Assembly: GCA_012411765.1 (NCBI GenBank)
Contig: GCA_012411765.1_3031.1
DNA length: 64,000 bases
Strand: one strand, 5' to 3'
Source: a phage
The notes beneath the pieces were generated by a model. That model saw nothing but the letters and a program-made list of their open reading frames with translations. It searched no databases and had not been told where the DNA came from. Below are positions 56,050 through 64,000 of the stretch, one piece after another. Positions within the stretch are counted from its first letter, which is position 1. Each line of letters begins with the position of its first letter. Made by a program: the position numbers and the translations under genes.

Positions 56050-56715
56050 ATGGCTGATTTAAAAGTAGGTTCAACAACCGGAGGCTCTGTCATTTGGCAT
56101 CAAGGAAATTTTCCATTGAATCCAGCCGGTGACGATGTACTCTATAAATCATTTAAAATATATTCAGAATACAATAAACCACAAGCTACAGATAACGATT
56201 TCGTTTCTAAAGCTAATGGTGGTACTTATGCATCAAAGGTAACATTTAATGCTGGTGTTCAAGTACCATATGCTGTAAACAATACAAACCCATGCGGTAT
56301 TTATCCAGGTAATGGTGATGCAGCTACTTTTGCTACAGCAAATATTGATATTGTTTCATGGTATGGTATTGGTTTTAAATCATCACAGGGTTCAGCAGCC
56401 AGAACTGTAGTAATCAATACACGTAATGGTGATATTAGTACAAAAGGCGTTGTATCCGCTGCAGGTCAAGTAAGAAGTGATGCAGCTGCTCCTATAGCAG
56501 CGAATGACCTTACTAGAAAGGACTATGTTGATGGAGCAATAAATACTGTTACAGCAAATGCAAACTCTAGAGTGTTACGATCTGGTGACACTATGACGGG
56601 AAACTTAACCGCACCAAACTTTTTCTCGCAGAATCCTGCATCTCAACCTTCACATGTTCCACGATTTGACCAAATCGTAATTAAGGATTCTGTTCAAGAT
56701 TTCGGCTATTATTAA
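56050..56715 (+). CDS. 36: Long tail fibre distal connector gp36 (221 aa)
   Basis: 221 aa, order 35-36-37. Confidence 0.9.
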   Translation: MADLKVGSTTGGSVIWHQGNFPLNPAGDDVLYKSFKIYSEYNKPQATDNDFVSKANGGTYASKVTFNAGVQVPYAVNNTNPCGIYPGNGDAATFATANIDIVSWYGIGFKSSQGSAARTVVINTRNGDISTKGVVSAAGQVRSDAAAPIAANDLTRKDYVDGAINTVTANANSRVLRSGDTMTGNLTAPNFFSQNPASQPSHVPRFDQIVIKDSVQDFGYY

Positions 56716-56723
56716 GAGGACTT

Positions 56724-59700
56724 ATGGCTACTTTAAAACAAATACAATTTAAAAGAAGCAAAACCGCAGGTGCACGTCCTGCTGCTTCAGTATTAGCCGA
56801 AGGTGAATTGGCTATAAACTTAAAAGATAGAACAATTTTTACTAAAGATGATTCAGGAAATATCATTGATTTAAGCATTTCCGCTGGCGGTAATATCAGT
56901 GGAAATGTAACTATTGATGGAACTTTACGCGTCAATGGACCAATAAACAATTTTGGAAATTTTTCCACAAGTGGCCAGATTACCGCTGGTAGTAGTATTT
57001 CAGCTCAAGTTTTTAGAGCATTGCAAGGTTCGTTTTATACAAGAGCATCAAATGATGTCTCAAATGCCCATTTATGGTTTGAAAATGCCGATGGCACTGA
57101 ACGAGGCGTTATATATGCTCGTCCTCAAACTACAACTAACGGTGAAATACGCCTTAGGGTTAGACAAGGATCAGGAAGCACCATTAATAGCGAATTCTAT
57201 TTCCGTTCTATAAACGGCGGTGAATTTCAAGCCAATCGTATTTTAGCATCAGATTCGTTAGTAACAAAACGCATTGCAGCTGATACAGTTATTCACGGTG
57301 GCAAAGCCTTTGGTGTATATGATACGGATTCATTAGTTAACTACGTATACCCAGGCACCGGTGAAACTAACGGAGTAAACTATCTTCGTAAAGTTCGCGC
57401 TAAATCAGGCGGTACCATATGGCATGAGCTTTGTACTGCTCAATCAGGCCAAGCTGATGAAATGTCTTGGTGGACCGGTTCTACTCCTATTTCAAAACAA
57501 TTTGGTATTCGTAATGACGGTCGGATGATTGTCCGCAATAGTCTTGCATTAGGCACTATGACTACTGATTTTCCATCGAGCGATTATGGTAATGGTGGCG
57601 CATTAGGATTCGGTGCTTATTTGGCTCTAGGTGATAACGGGACTGGTTTACGCTATCAAAAAACCGGTGTTTATGATTTAGTTGGTTCCGGATTGTCTGT
57701 TGCATCTATTACTCCAGATAGTTTCCGTAGTACTCGCAAAGGTTTATTTGGACGTTCAGAAGACCAAGGCACCACATGGATTATGCCTGGAACGAACGCT
57801 GCATTTTTATCAGTTCAAACACAGGCTGATGAAAACACTGCTGGAGACGGCCAGACGCATATTGGCTATAACTCAGGCGGAAAAATGAACCACTATTTCC
57901 GTGGTAAAGGCAAAACTAATATTAATACTCAGGAAGGTATGGAAGTTAATCCGGGTATTTTGAAATTGGTAACTGGCTCTAATAATGTAATGTTTTATGC
58001 TGATGGCGGTATTACATCTGTTAAGCAGCTTTCAATATATAATGGCATATATTTAGCAGCTAATAATTCTACTGCTGGGCTAACATTCGCTCCAACTACT
58101 ACAATTGATGGTACTAAGCAAATTTTGTGGGAAGGCGGTACTCGTGCTGGGCAGAATAAAAGCTATGTAACTGTTAAAGCGTGGGGTAATTCATTTAACG
58201 CATCTGGCGATCGTAATCGTGAAACGGTTTTTGAAGTAGCTGACGGACAAGGTTATTATTTTTATTCCCAACGCGTAGCCCCAAGCGGCTCAGAAACTAC
58301 TGGTCCTGTTGTAACCCAGTTCAATGGACAAGTTAATGCTAGAGGAAGTATTATTACTGACGGAAGTTTTAAAGTTAATGGATTAAGCACTTTAGTCGGT
58401 AATGTTACTATGTCTAACGGTTTGTTTGTCCAAGGTGGTTCTTCTATTACTGGACAAGTTAAAATCGGCGGAACTGTTGATGCATTAAGAATTTGGAATG
58501 CTGAATACGGTGCTATTTTCCGCCGTTCAGAAGCATCATTACATATTATCCCGACTCCTAAAGATGCTGGTGAAAGTGGTGGAATAAGTAATCTCCGCCC
58601 GTTAAGTATTAGTCTTAATAATGGTATGGTACAAATGCGTCATTCTGTCACGTTAGGTGATGATGGTGCAGGCGGTAATATGATTACTGTGGACAACGAT
58701 AACAAACGTGTTGTTGTTGCTAGTAATAGTCGTATTGCTCCTAATTTCAGAATGCAATTAGGGCAATCATCTTATATTGATGTAGAATGTACTGATGCTG
58801 CTCGCCCAGCCGGTGCAGGTTCATTTGCATCCCAGAATGACGCAAACGTAAGAGCTCCAATTTATATGAATATAGAGCGTACTGCTGCTTCTGAATATAT
58901 TCCAATTGTTAAACAGCGGTATGTAAATGGTGATAGTACTTATTCTATTGGCACCTTAATTTCTCAAGGAGACTTTCGCGTTCATTATCACCAGGGTACT
59001 AGTACTACCGGTACTGATTTAAGCTGGGAATTCCGTCGCAATGGTGATTTCCGCGCGGCAGGTAAAATTATTGCCGGTGCTGCTACTTTTGGCACTGATG
59101 GTAATATTACTGGTGGTTCAGGAAACTTTGCCAACTTAAACAGCACAATTGAATCACTTAAAACTGATATTGTTTCAAGTTATCCTATTGGGGCTCCTAT
59201 TCCATGGCCAACGGATACTCCTCCTGACGGTTACGCTATTATGGAAGGCCAGACCTTTGATAAGTCTGCGTATCCAAAGCTAGCTGTTGCATATCCTAGT
59301 GGCGTTATTCCGGATATGCGCGGGCAAACTATTAAAGGTAAACCGAGTGGTCGTAATGTATTAAGCGCGGAAGCTGATGGTATTAAGTCTCATACCCATG
59401 GAGCATCTGCATCCAATACAGATTTAGGTACTAAAACTACATCAAGCTTTGATTATGGCACTAAGACCTCTTCAAGTTTTGACTATGGTACTAAAACCAG
59501 TAATACCACAGGTAACCACTCTCATACTGTAAGCGGTACTACGAGTTCTGCTGGTGCACACCAACATGCGCGCTCAGGTCCTCAGTTACAAGCCGGCATA
59601 CCCAATAACATATTCTATGACGGATATAATACTGTAGGTGCAAACGCCAACGCTAAAATCACCGGATCTGTGAGCGGTGCTACTGCAGGGTCAAATATAG

Positions 59701-59936
59701 CCAAAACTTCTTCAGACGGTGCTCATACTCATACTTGGTCTGGTACTACAAGCACTACAGGTAACCATGCTCACACAGTAGGTATTGGTGCTCATACCCA
59801 TACTGTAGGTATCGGTGCTCATACCCACACGGTAGCAATTGGCTCGCATGGTCATACTATCACTGTAAATAGTACAGGTAATACAGAAAACACGGTTAAA
59901 AACATCGCTTTTAACTATATCGTTCGTTTAGCATAA
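56724..59936 (+). CDS. 37: Long tail fibre distal subunit gp37 (receptor-binding, 1070 aa) with His-x-His repeats near C-terminus
   Basis: C-terminus ...[15 protein letters not shown] and GxHxH repeats as in T4 gp37. Confidence 0.95.
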   Translation: MATLKQIQFKRSKTAGARPAASVLAEGELAINLKDRTIFTKDDSGNIIDLSISAGGNISGNVTIDGTLRVNGPINNFGNFSTSGQITAGSSISAQVFRALQGSFYTRASNDVSNAHLWFENADGTERGVIYARPQTTTNGEIRLRVRQGSGSTINSEFYFRSINGGEFQANRILASDSLVTKRIAADTVIHGGKAFGVYDTDSLVNYVYPGTGETNGVNYLRKVRAKSGGTIWHELCTAQSGQADEMSWWTGSTPISKQFGIRNDGRMIVRNSLALGTMTTDFPSSDYGNGGALGFGAYLALGDNGTGLRYQKTGVYDLVGSGLSVASITPDSFRSTRKGLFGRSEDQGTTWIMPGTNAAFLSVQTQADENTAGDGQTHIGYNSGGKMNHYFRGKGKTNINTQEGMEVNPGILKLVTGSNNVMFYADGGITSVKQLSIYNGIYLAANNSTAGLTFAPTTTIDGTKQILWEGGTRAGQNKSYVTVKAWGNSFNASGDRNRETVFEVADGQGYYFYSQRVAPSGSETTGPVVTQFNGQVNARGSIITDGSFKVNGLSTLVGNVTMSNGLFVQGGSSITGQVKIGGTVDALRIWNAEYGAIFRRSEASLHIIPTPKDAGESGGISNLRPLSISLNNGMVQMRHSVTLGDDGAGGNMITVDNDNKRVVVASNSRIAPNFRMQLGQSSYIDVECTDAARPAGAGSFASQNDANVRAPIYMNIERTAASEYIPIVKQRYVNGDSTYSIGTLISQGDFRVHYHQGTSTTGTDLSWEFRRNGDFRAAGKIIAGAATFGTDGNITGGSGNFANLNSTIESLKTDIVSSYPIGAPIPWPTDTPPDGYAIMEGQTFDKSAYPKLAVAYPSGVIPDMRGQTIKGKPSGRNVLSAEADGIKSHTHGASASNTDLGTKTTSSFDYGTKTSSSFDYGTKTSNTTGNHSHTVSGTTSSAGAHQHARSGPQLQAGIPNNIFYDGYNTVGANANAKITGSVSGATAGSNIAKTSSDGAHTHTWSGTTSTTGNHAHTVGIGAHTHTVGIGAHTHTVAIGSHGHTITVNSTGNTENTVKNIAFNYIVRLA

Positions 59937-59940
59937 GGAG

Positions 59941-59956
59941 AGGGGCTTCGGCCCCT
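59941..59956 (+). terminator. Hairpin after gene 37
   Basis: AGGGGC-TTCG-GCCCCT. Confidence 0.5.
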
Positions 59957-59963
59957 TCTGAAC

Positions 59964-60515
59964 ATGAAAATTTATCATTATTATTTTGACACTAAAGAAT
60001 TTTATAAAGAAGAAAATTATAAACCAATTAAAGGATTAGGTCTTCCTGCACATTCAACAACTAAAAAACCTTTAGAACCTAAAGAAGGATATGCGGTTGT
60101 ATTTGATGAAAGAATTCAAGATTGGATTTATGAAGAAGACCATCGCGGTAAACGAGCCTGGACTTTTAATAAAGAAGAAATTTTAATAGGCGAAATAGGA
60201 AGTTTAGTAGGTGTAACTTTTGATGAGCCCGGCGAATTTGATATATGGACTGATGACGGTTGGAAAGAAGACGAAACATATAAGCGAGTTTTAATTCGTA
60301 ATAGAAAAATTGAAGAATTATATAAAGAGTTCCAAGTTTTAAATAATATGATTGAAGCTTCTGTCGCGAATAAAAAGGAAAAATTCTATTATAAAAACCT
60401 TAAGCGGTTCTTTGCTCTTTTAGAAAAGCATGAGCATTTAGGTGGTGAATTTCCTAAATGGCCTGAAAAAGAACAGAAGCCTTGGTATAAGCGTTTATTC
60501 AAGCATTACGTATAA
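59964..60515 (+). CDS. 38: gp38, T4-type tail fibre assembly chaperone (183 aa)
   Basis: 183 aa MKIYHYYFDTKEFYKEENYKPIKGLGLPAHS; not the longer T2-type adhesin. Confidence 0.9.
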   Translation: MKIYHYYFDTKEFYKEENYKPIKGLGLPAHSTTKKPLEPKEGYAVVFDERIQDWIYEEDHRGKRAWTFNKEEILIGEIGSLVGVTFDEPGEFDIWTDDGWKEDETYKRVLIRNRKIEELYKEFQVLNNMIEASVANKKEKFYYKNLKRFFALLEKHEHLGGEFPKWPEKEQKPWYKRLFKHYV

Positions 60516-60518
60516 ATA
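60511..60518 (+). promoter_or_regulatory. Late promoter TATAAATA for holin gene t
   Basis: TATAAATA about 18 nt upstream of t ATG. Confidence 0.55.
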
Positions 60519-60535
60519 TCTTAAAAGGAGGGTCT

Positions 60536-61192
60536 ATGGCAGCACCTAGAATATCATTTTCGCCCTCTGATATTCTATTTGGTGTTCTAGATCGCTTGTT
60601 CAAAGATAACGCTACCGGGAAAGTTCTTGCTTCCCGGGTAGCTGTCGTAATTCTTTTATTTATGATGGCGATTGTTTGGTATAGGGGAGATAGTTTCTTT
60701 GAGTACTATAAGCAATCAAAGTATGAAACATACAGTGAAATTATTGAAAAGGAAAGAAATGCACGCTTTGAATCTGTCGCCCTGGAACAACTCCAGATAG
60801 TTCATATATCATCTGAGGCAGACTTTAGTGCGGTGTATTCTTTCCGCCCTAAAAACTTAAACTATTTTGTTGATATTATAGCATACGAAGGAAGATTACC
60901 TTCAACAATAACTGAAAAATCACTTGGAGGATATCCTGTTGATAAAACTATGGATGAATATGCAGTTCATTTAAATGGACGTCATTATTATTCTGACTCA
61001 AAATTTGCTTTTTTACCAACTAAAAAGCCTACTCCCGAAATAAACTACATGTACAGTTGTCCATATTTTAATTTGGATAATATCTATGCTGGAACGATAA
61101 CCATGTACTGGTATAGAAATGATCATATAAGTAATGACCGCCTTGAATCAATATGTGCTCAGGCGGCCAGAATATTAGGAAGGGCTAAATAA
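60536..61192 (+). CDS. t: Holin T (218 aa) with single TM domain and large periplasmic domain
   Basis: 218 aa MAAPRISFSPSDILFGVLDRLF..., TM segment VAVVILLFMMAIVWY. Confidence 0.95.
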   Translation: MAAPRISFSPSDILFGVLDRLFKDNATGKVLASRVAVVILLFMMAIVWYRGDSFFEYYKQSKYETYSEIIEKERNARFESVALEQLQIVHISSEADFSAVYSFRPKNLNYFVDIIAYEGRLPSTITEKSLGGYPVDKTMDEYAVHLNGRHYYSDSKFAFLPTKKPTPEINYMYSCPYFNLDNIYAGTITMYWYRNDHISNDRLESICAQAARILGRAK

Positions 61193-61465
61193 TTATTTGT
61201 TCGTATACATCTCTAGATATCGATATACACCCTCAAAACCCTCGTTGAATTCGTCGATGAGGGTTTTCTTATCTTCTTGAGTTAATTCAGAAACAACTTT
61301 ACGGAATGAATTCTGATTTAATTTTCTACCTTCATGCGTTACTCCAATCTCATTCAGAAATGCAATAAAATTAGCACGATTTTCAACAATATCTTCTCTG
61401 GAAAATTTAATCAAAATAGACGCAACAGTAATAATTTCACGAACTGTATCAATGTTTTTATTCAT
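61193..61465 (-). CDS. asiA: Anti-sigma-70 protein AsiA (90 aa)
   Basis: 90 aa MNKNIDTVREIITVASILIKFSRED matches T4 AsiA. Confidence 0.95.
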   Translation of the reverse strand: MNKNIDTVREIITVASILIKFSREDIVENRANFIAFLNEIGVTHEGRKLNQNSFRKVVSELTQEDKKTLIDEFNEGFEGVYRYLEMYTNK

Positions 61466-61479
61466 TAACTATACCACTC

Positions 61480-61525
61480 AATTAGTTGACTTTGTTATAA
61501 TATCATCAGACGCTTGATTTGTAAA
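61480..61525 (-). promoter_or_regulatory. Early promoter for asiA (GTTTACA-N17-TATTAT); coordinates approximate
   Basis: Minus-sense ccaGTTTACAaatcaagcgtctgatgaTATTAT upstream of asiA. Confidence 0.5.
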
Positions 61526-61626
61526 CTGGTCTGTGTTATTTTCTTCAAAAATTTTTTCTACGAATTCCTTGAACGACTCACGTTCCTGAGCTACATTATG
61601 CTCGATTACCTTTTCAAGATTATGAC

Positions 61627-61905
61627 TCATTCGAAATAATCTTCAATTTCATAATCATGGACATAAATCATTATAGTTTTTAATACATCATCAATACTTT
61701 TTCCTGGAGCTGGAATTACGTAAAAATATCCTGCTTTTGAGAGGTCTTTATAAGTTCCAATCAAAAAATCGTTATTCTCAAGATGTAGTTCTTCAACTAA
61801 TTCATTGACAATTGAATGGTATAAATTTGGTAGAAACTTATATAGCTTTTCTAGAATATCAATTTTGATTGTGTATTGAACCACGGATTGAGAATCAATA
61901 ATCAT
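61627..61905 (-). CDS. arn: Arn anti-restriction nuclease (McrBC inhibitor-type, 92 aa)
   Basis: 92 aa, acidic, position after asiA. Confidence 0.75.
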   Translation of the reverse strand: MIIDSQSVVQYTIKIDILEKLYKFLPNLYHSIVNELVEELHLENNDFLIGTYKDLSKAGYFYVIPAPGKSIDDVLKTIMIYVHDYEIEDYFE

Positions 61906-61988
61906 AGACCTTCCCCTTATGTTTCTGTTTGCGATTAGATTCTTTAAACGCTTTCTTCTTATCTTTATGAACAGAAGCTTTATTAAAA

Positions 61989-62207
61989 TTATGCTTTGCG
62001 ACTAAATTGTTCATAGTGCTGAATTACCTCTCTTAAACATTTGCATGTGAATGAAAACTTTTTAGCTACACCACATTCAAATATATGTTCTCTTAAATCG
62101 CATGTATCGGTATATCCCATCTCAACAATAAAATGCCGTATTAGATTTTTATCTTTATCATTGAGAGAATTAAAATAATCAGATTTTGAATTAATTTCCC
62201 TGGCCAA
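61989..62207 (-). CDS. arn.1: Hypothetical Cys-containing protein
   Basis: ORF in arn-motA interval. Confidence 0.45.
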   Translation of the reverse strand: MAREINSKSDYFNSLNDKDKNLIRHFIVEMGYTDTCDLREHIFECGVAKKFSFTCKCLREVIQHYEQFSRKA

Positions 62208-62487
62208 ATTGAATCACCTTCAGTTGACGTTTTAATTCTTTTATCATTTCTTCGTTCATCGCAATATAAAGATCGCGTAAAGCAGGTTTTAACATTCCAT
62301 TTACTGGAGAACTAAATGGGCATACATAATCTTTTCCTACAAGCTTTTTAGTAAATTCCATATCACAGAACTTAAATCCCGGCTCATTGGTATAAATTCC
62401 CCAATTAGTTGACATCATTTTATTGGCATATTCTAGTGCCTGGATTTGATTCATAATTCCATCAATTTGAAACTTTTTAATATTCAT
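62191..62487 (-). CDS. arn.2: Hypothetical protein
   Basis: ORF. Confidence 0.5.
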   Translation of the reverse strand: MNIKKFQIDGIMNQIQALEYANKMMSTNWGIYTNEPGFKFCDMEFTKKLVGKDYVCPFSSPVNGMLKPALRDLYIAMNEEMIKELKRQLKVIQFGQGN

Positions 62488-62948
62488 TAGTAAAGGTCCT
62501 CAGAGTAAAGTTCTTTTTCACTACCACCACGTTCAATACGTACTTGTCCAGCGTAAGTTGCAATAATCATTGCTTCTTCACGTGTCCAATAATTACTATA
62601 TTGGTCAATAAACCCTTGGTCATCATCACAAACTTGTTGAGTAACTAATTGAGGTTTAACTACATCTAAAACTTCTGCCATATCTTTAGAATAATGACGA
62701 GCACCTGGAATAATAAGAGTTCGTCCATCTTTTAATTTAAAACGGTTGGCTGCACAGACAATTCGTCGTTGATACTTTTGGTTTTCATCCCAATACGCAG
62801 TCTGCCAACAGATTTCAGGAACTTCTTTCAGAATATCTTCTTCTGTGCATTTATAACCATGCGCTTTAAATTTTTGAACAAGACTCTCCGGAGTCTCACG
62901 AGATAAAGACACATTCAGCATTTTTAAACGATTAATAAATGGGTTCAT
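62487..62948 (-). CDS. arn.3: Hypothetical protein (153 aa)
   Basis: ORF. Confidence 0.55.
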   Translation of the reverse strand: MNPFINRLKMLNVSLSRETPESLVQKFKAHGYKCTEEDILKEVPEICWQTAYWDENQKYQRRIVCAANRFKLKDGRTLIIPGARHYSKDMAEVLDVVKPQLVTQQVCDDDQGFIDQYSNYWTREEAMIIATYAGQVRIERGGSEKELYSEDLY

Positions 62949-63274
62949 TTAAACCATCCTTTAATACGTTGCCACAAAGTTTTCTGCTGAGCTTTGTTAA
63001 CACCAATTGAACGAATAACCGGTTGAGATTCCTGGAATTCTTTATAATCGGCAAGGTAAATTTCGTAAGCTGCATCCGTAAATGAACTTATCGCTGCCAT
63101 AAAATTATTGCGAATACCTACTGGAGCATCTTTACTTTCACGAATAATCATGTATTTACCAGTCTTAATCTTTACGATAGTTCCAAGATAAGCTCCATGG
63201 TACCAGATGTCCCACCCCTCTTGAGTGGGTTCTGCGCAACGACGAAGTTCATTGACAATTTCTAACTTGTTCAT
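62945..63274 (-). CDS. arn.4: Hypothetical protein (109 aa)
   Basis: ORF. Confidence 0.55.
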   Translation of the reverse strand: MNKLEIVNELRRCAEPTQEGWDIWYHGAYLGTIVKIKTGKYMIIRESKDAPVGIRNNFMAAISSFTDAAYEIYLADYKEFQESQPVIRSIGVNKAQQKTLWQRIKGWFK

Positions 63275-63284
63275 TATTTATTCC

Positions 63285-63920
63285 TCACAGTTCAGATGCT
63301 ACAGTGATTACAGCTTCAATGTTTTCTGCCGAGCGTTTAATGTCAAGATACACATTACCGTTTTTAGCGATTTTACATGACATTCCGATGTCAGTAAATT
63401 TCTGAATATGATGTTCCATCATTTTGTATCCAAAAATTCGCATATTTCCATTGTTGTTAATTTCAAAATTACGAATTCCGTGAGTGCGTTTTTCTAAAAT
63501 AGCGAGATAGTTACTGCGATAAGTTTCAACCTTTTTAAGAACAAATCCGTTTTCATCTAAAAGTTTTAACATGAGGTCTTTATCTTCTTCCATATCGGAA
63601 GTAATCTCACGAGCTTTACGAGTTGCTCGTTTTTTCAGCAGTTCCGGAGCATTTTCTTGCGCGTATAAAGTTGCTGCATTTGAAATAATATCCTGAGCTT
63701 CACCAGTAATGATTAATCCATCACCAGATTTCTCCACCAGACCTTTTTTAATCAACACCCCAATATTACTATTAACTACTGCATTACCTAAATCTGGATG
63801 CACCTCACGAACTTCTGCAGCTGTAATGAAATCTTTCTTAGCAATAGTAATTAAAATCGCAGCAGTTTTTTCATTCAGAACATCGTTAGAAGCTTTGATG
63901 ATGTAAGTTACTTTAGACAT
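63285..63920 (-). CDS. motA: MotA middle-promoter transcription activator (211 aa)
   Basis: 211 aa MSKVTYIIKASNDVLNEKTAAILITIAKKDF matches T4 MotA. Confidence 0.95.
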   Translation of the reverse strand: MSKVTYIIKASNDVLNEKTAAILITIAKKDFITAAEVREVHPDLGNAVVNSNIGVLIKKGLVEKSGDGLIITGEAQDIISNAATLYAQENAPELLKKRATRKAREITSDMEEDKDLMLKLLDENGFVLKKVETYRSNYLAILEKRTHGIRNFEINNNGNMRIFGYKMMEHHIQKFTDIGMSCKIAKNGNVYLDIKRSAENIEAVITVASEL

Positions 63921-63961
63921 TTTCTAATCTCCGTAATTCTGTATCAGTAGTTGATAGTTGT

Positions 63962-63991
63962 ATAGTACCACAGTATGCTTTGGTTGTAAAC
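63962..63991 (-). promoter_or_regulatory. Early promoter for motA (GTTTACA-N17-TACTAT)
   Basis: Minus-sense GTTTACAaccaaagcatactgtggTACTATACAACTATC. Confidence 0.55.
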
Positions 63992-64000
63992 CGTTTTGTG

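Noticed and set aside
61905-62014. Possible 39-aa very basic ORF between arn and arn.1
   Set aside because: Overlaps the 72-aa ORF in another frame and my hand coordinates here are uncertain by 1-2 nt; not reportable without translation evidence.

Overview
This window is a near gene-for-gene match to the T4-type (Tequatrovirus) myovirus map, about 95% coding, and I found no convincing wholly undescribed system. The strongest candidates for novelty are lineage-specific differences from the T4 reference as I remember it. All calls rest on reading the translated ORFs and DNA by eye against recalled T4 proteins and gene order; no database search was run.

Gene content, in order:
- Late structural block (+ strand): tail sheath gp18 (3' part), tube gp19, portal gp20, prohead core gp67/gp68, prohead protease gp21, scaffold gp22, major capsid gp23, vertex gp24.
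- Early/middle block (- strand): rnlB, 24.2, 24.3, hoc, inh; then uvsW/uvsW.1 (+); uvsY cluster and baseplate 25/26 (-); baseplate 51-27-28-29-48-54 (+).
- Long minus-strand block: two tandem Alt-type ADP-ribosyltransferases, DNA ligase gp30, 30.1-30.9, rIII, gp31, cd, cd.1-cd.5, pseT, spanins, alc, rnlA, denA, nrdB, nrdA, td, frd, small ORFs, gp32, gp59, gp33, dsbA, rnh.
- Tail fibre and lysis block (+): gp34-35-36-37-38 and holin t; then asiA, arn, arn.1-4 and motA (-).

No tRNA, rRNA, CRISPR array, intron or homing-endonuclease gene was seen. Regulatory signals are dense: late promoters (TATAAATA), early promoters (GTTTACA-N17-TACTAT type), MotA-box middle promoters, GC-stem tetraloop hairpins and the gene 32 leader.

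Main differences from T4 worth a second look:
1. A roughly 410 bp insertion with one ORF between frd and td, which I recall as overlapping in T4.
2. An in-frame tandem duplication of an Ig-like domain in Hoc.
3. Two adjacent Alt-type ADP-ribosyltransferase paralogs, both with the capsid-targeting N-terminus.
4. Uninterrupted td and nrdB, and no seg-type genes at the usual T4 positions.
5. A diverged His-box receptor tip in gp37.

The ORF track uses TTG/GTG starts in places; where an internal ATG with a Shine-Dalgarno sequence or the T4 N-terminus was evident I moved the start.
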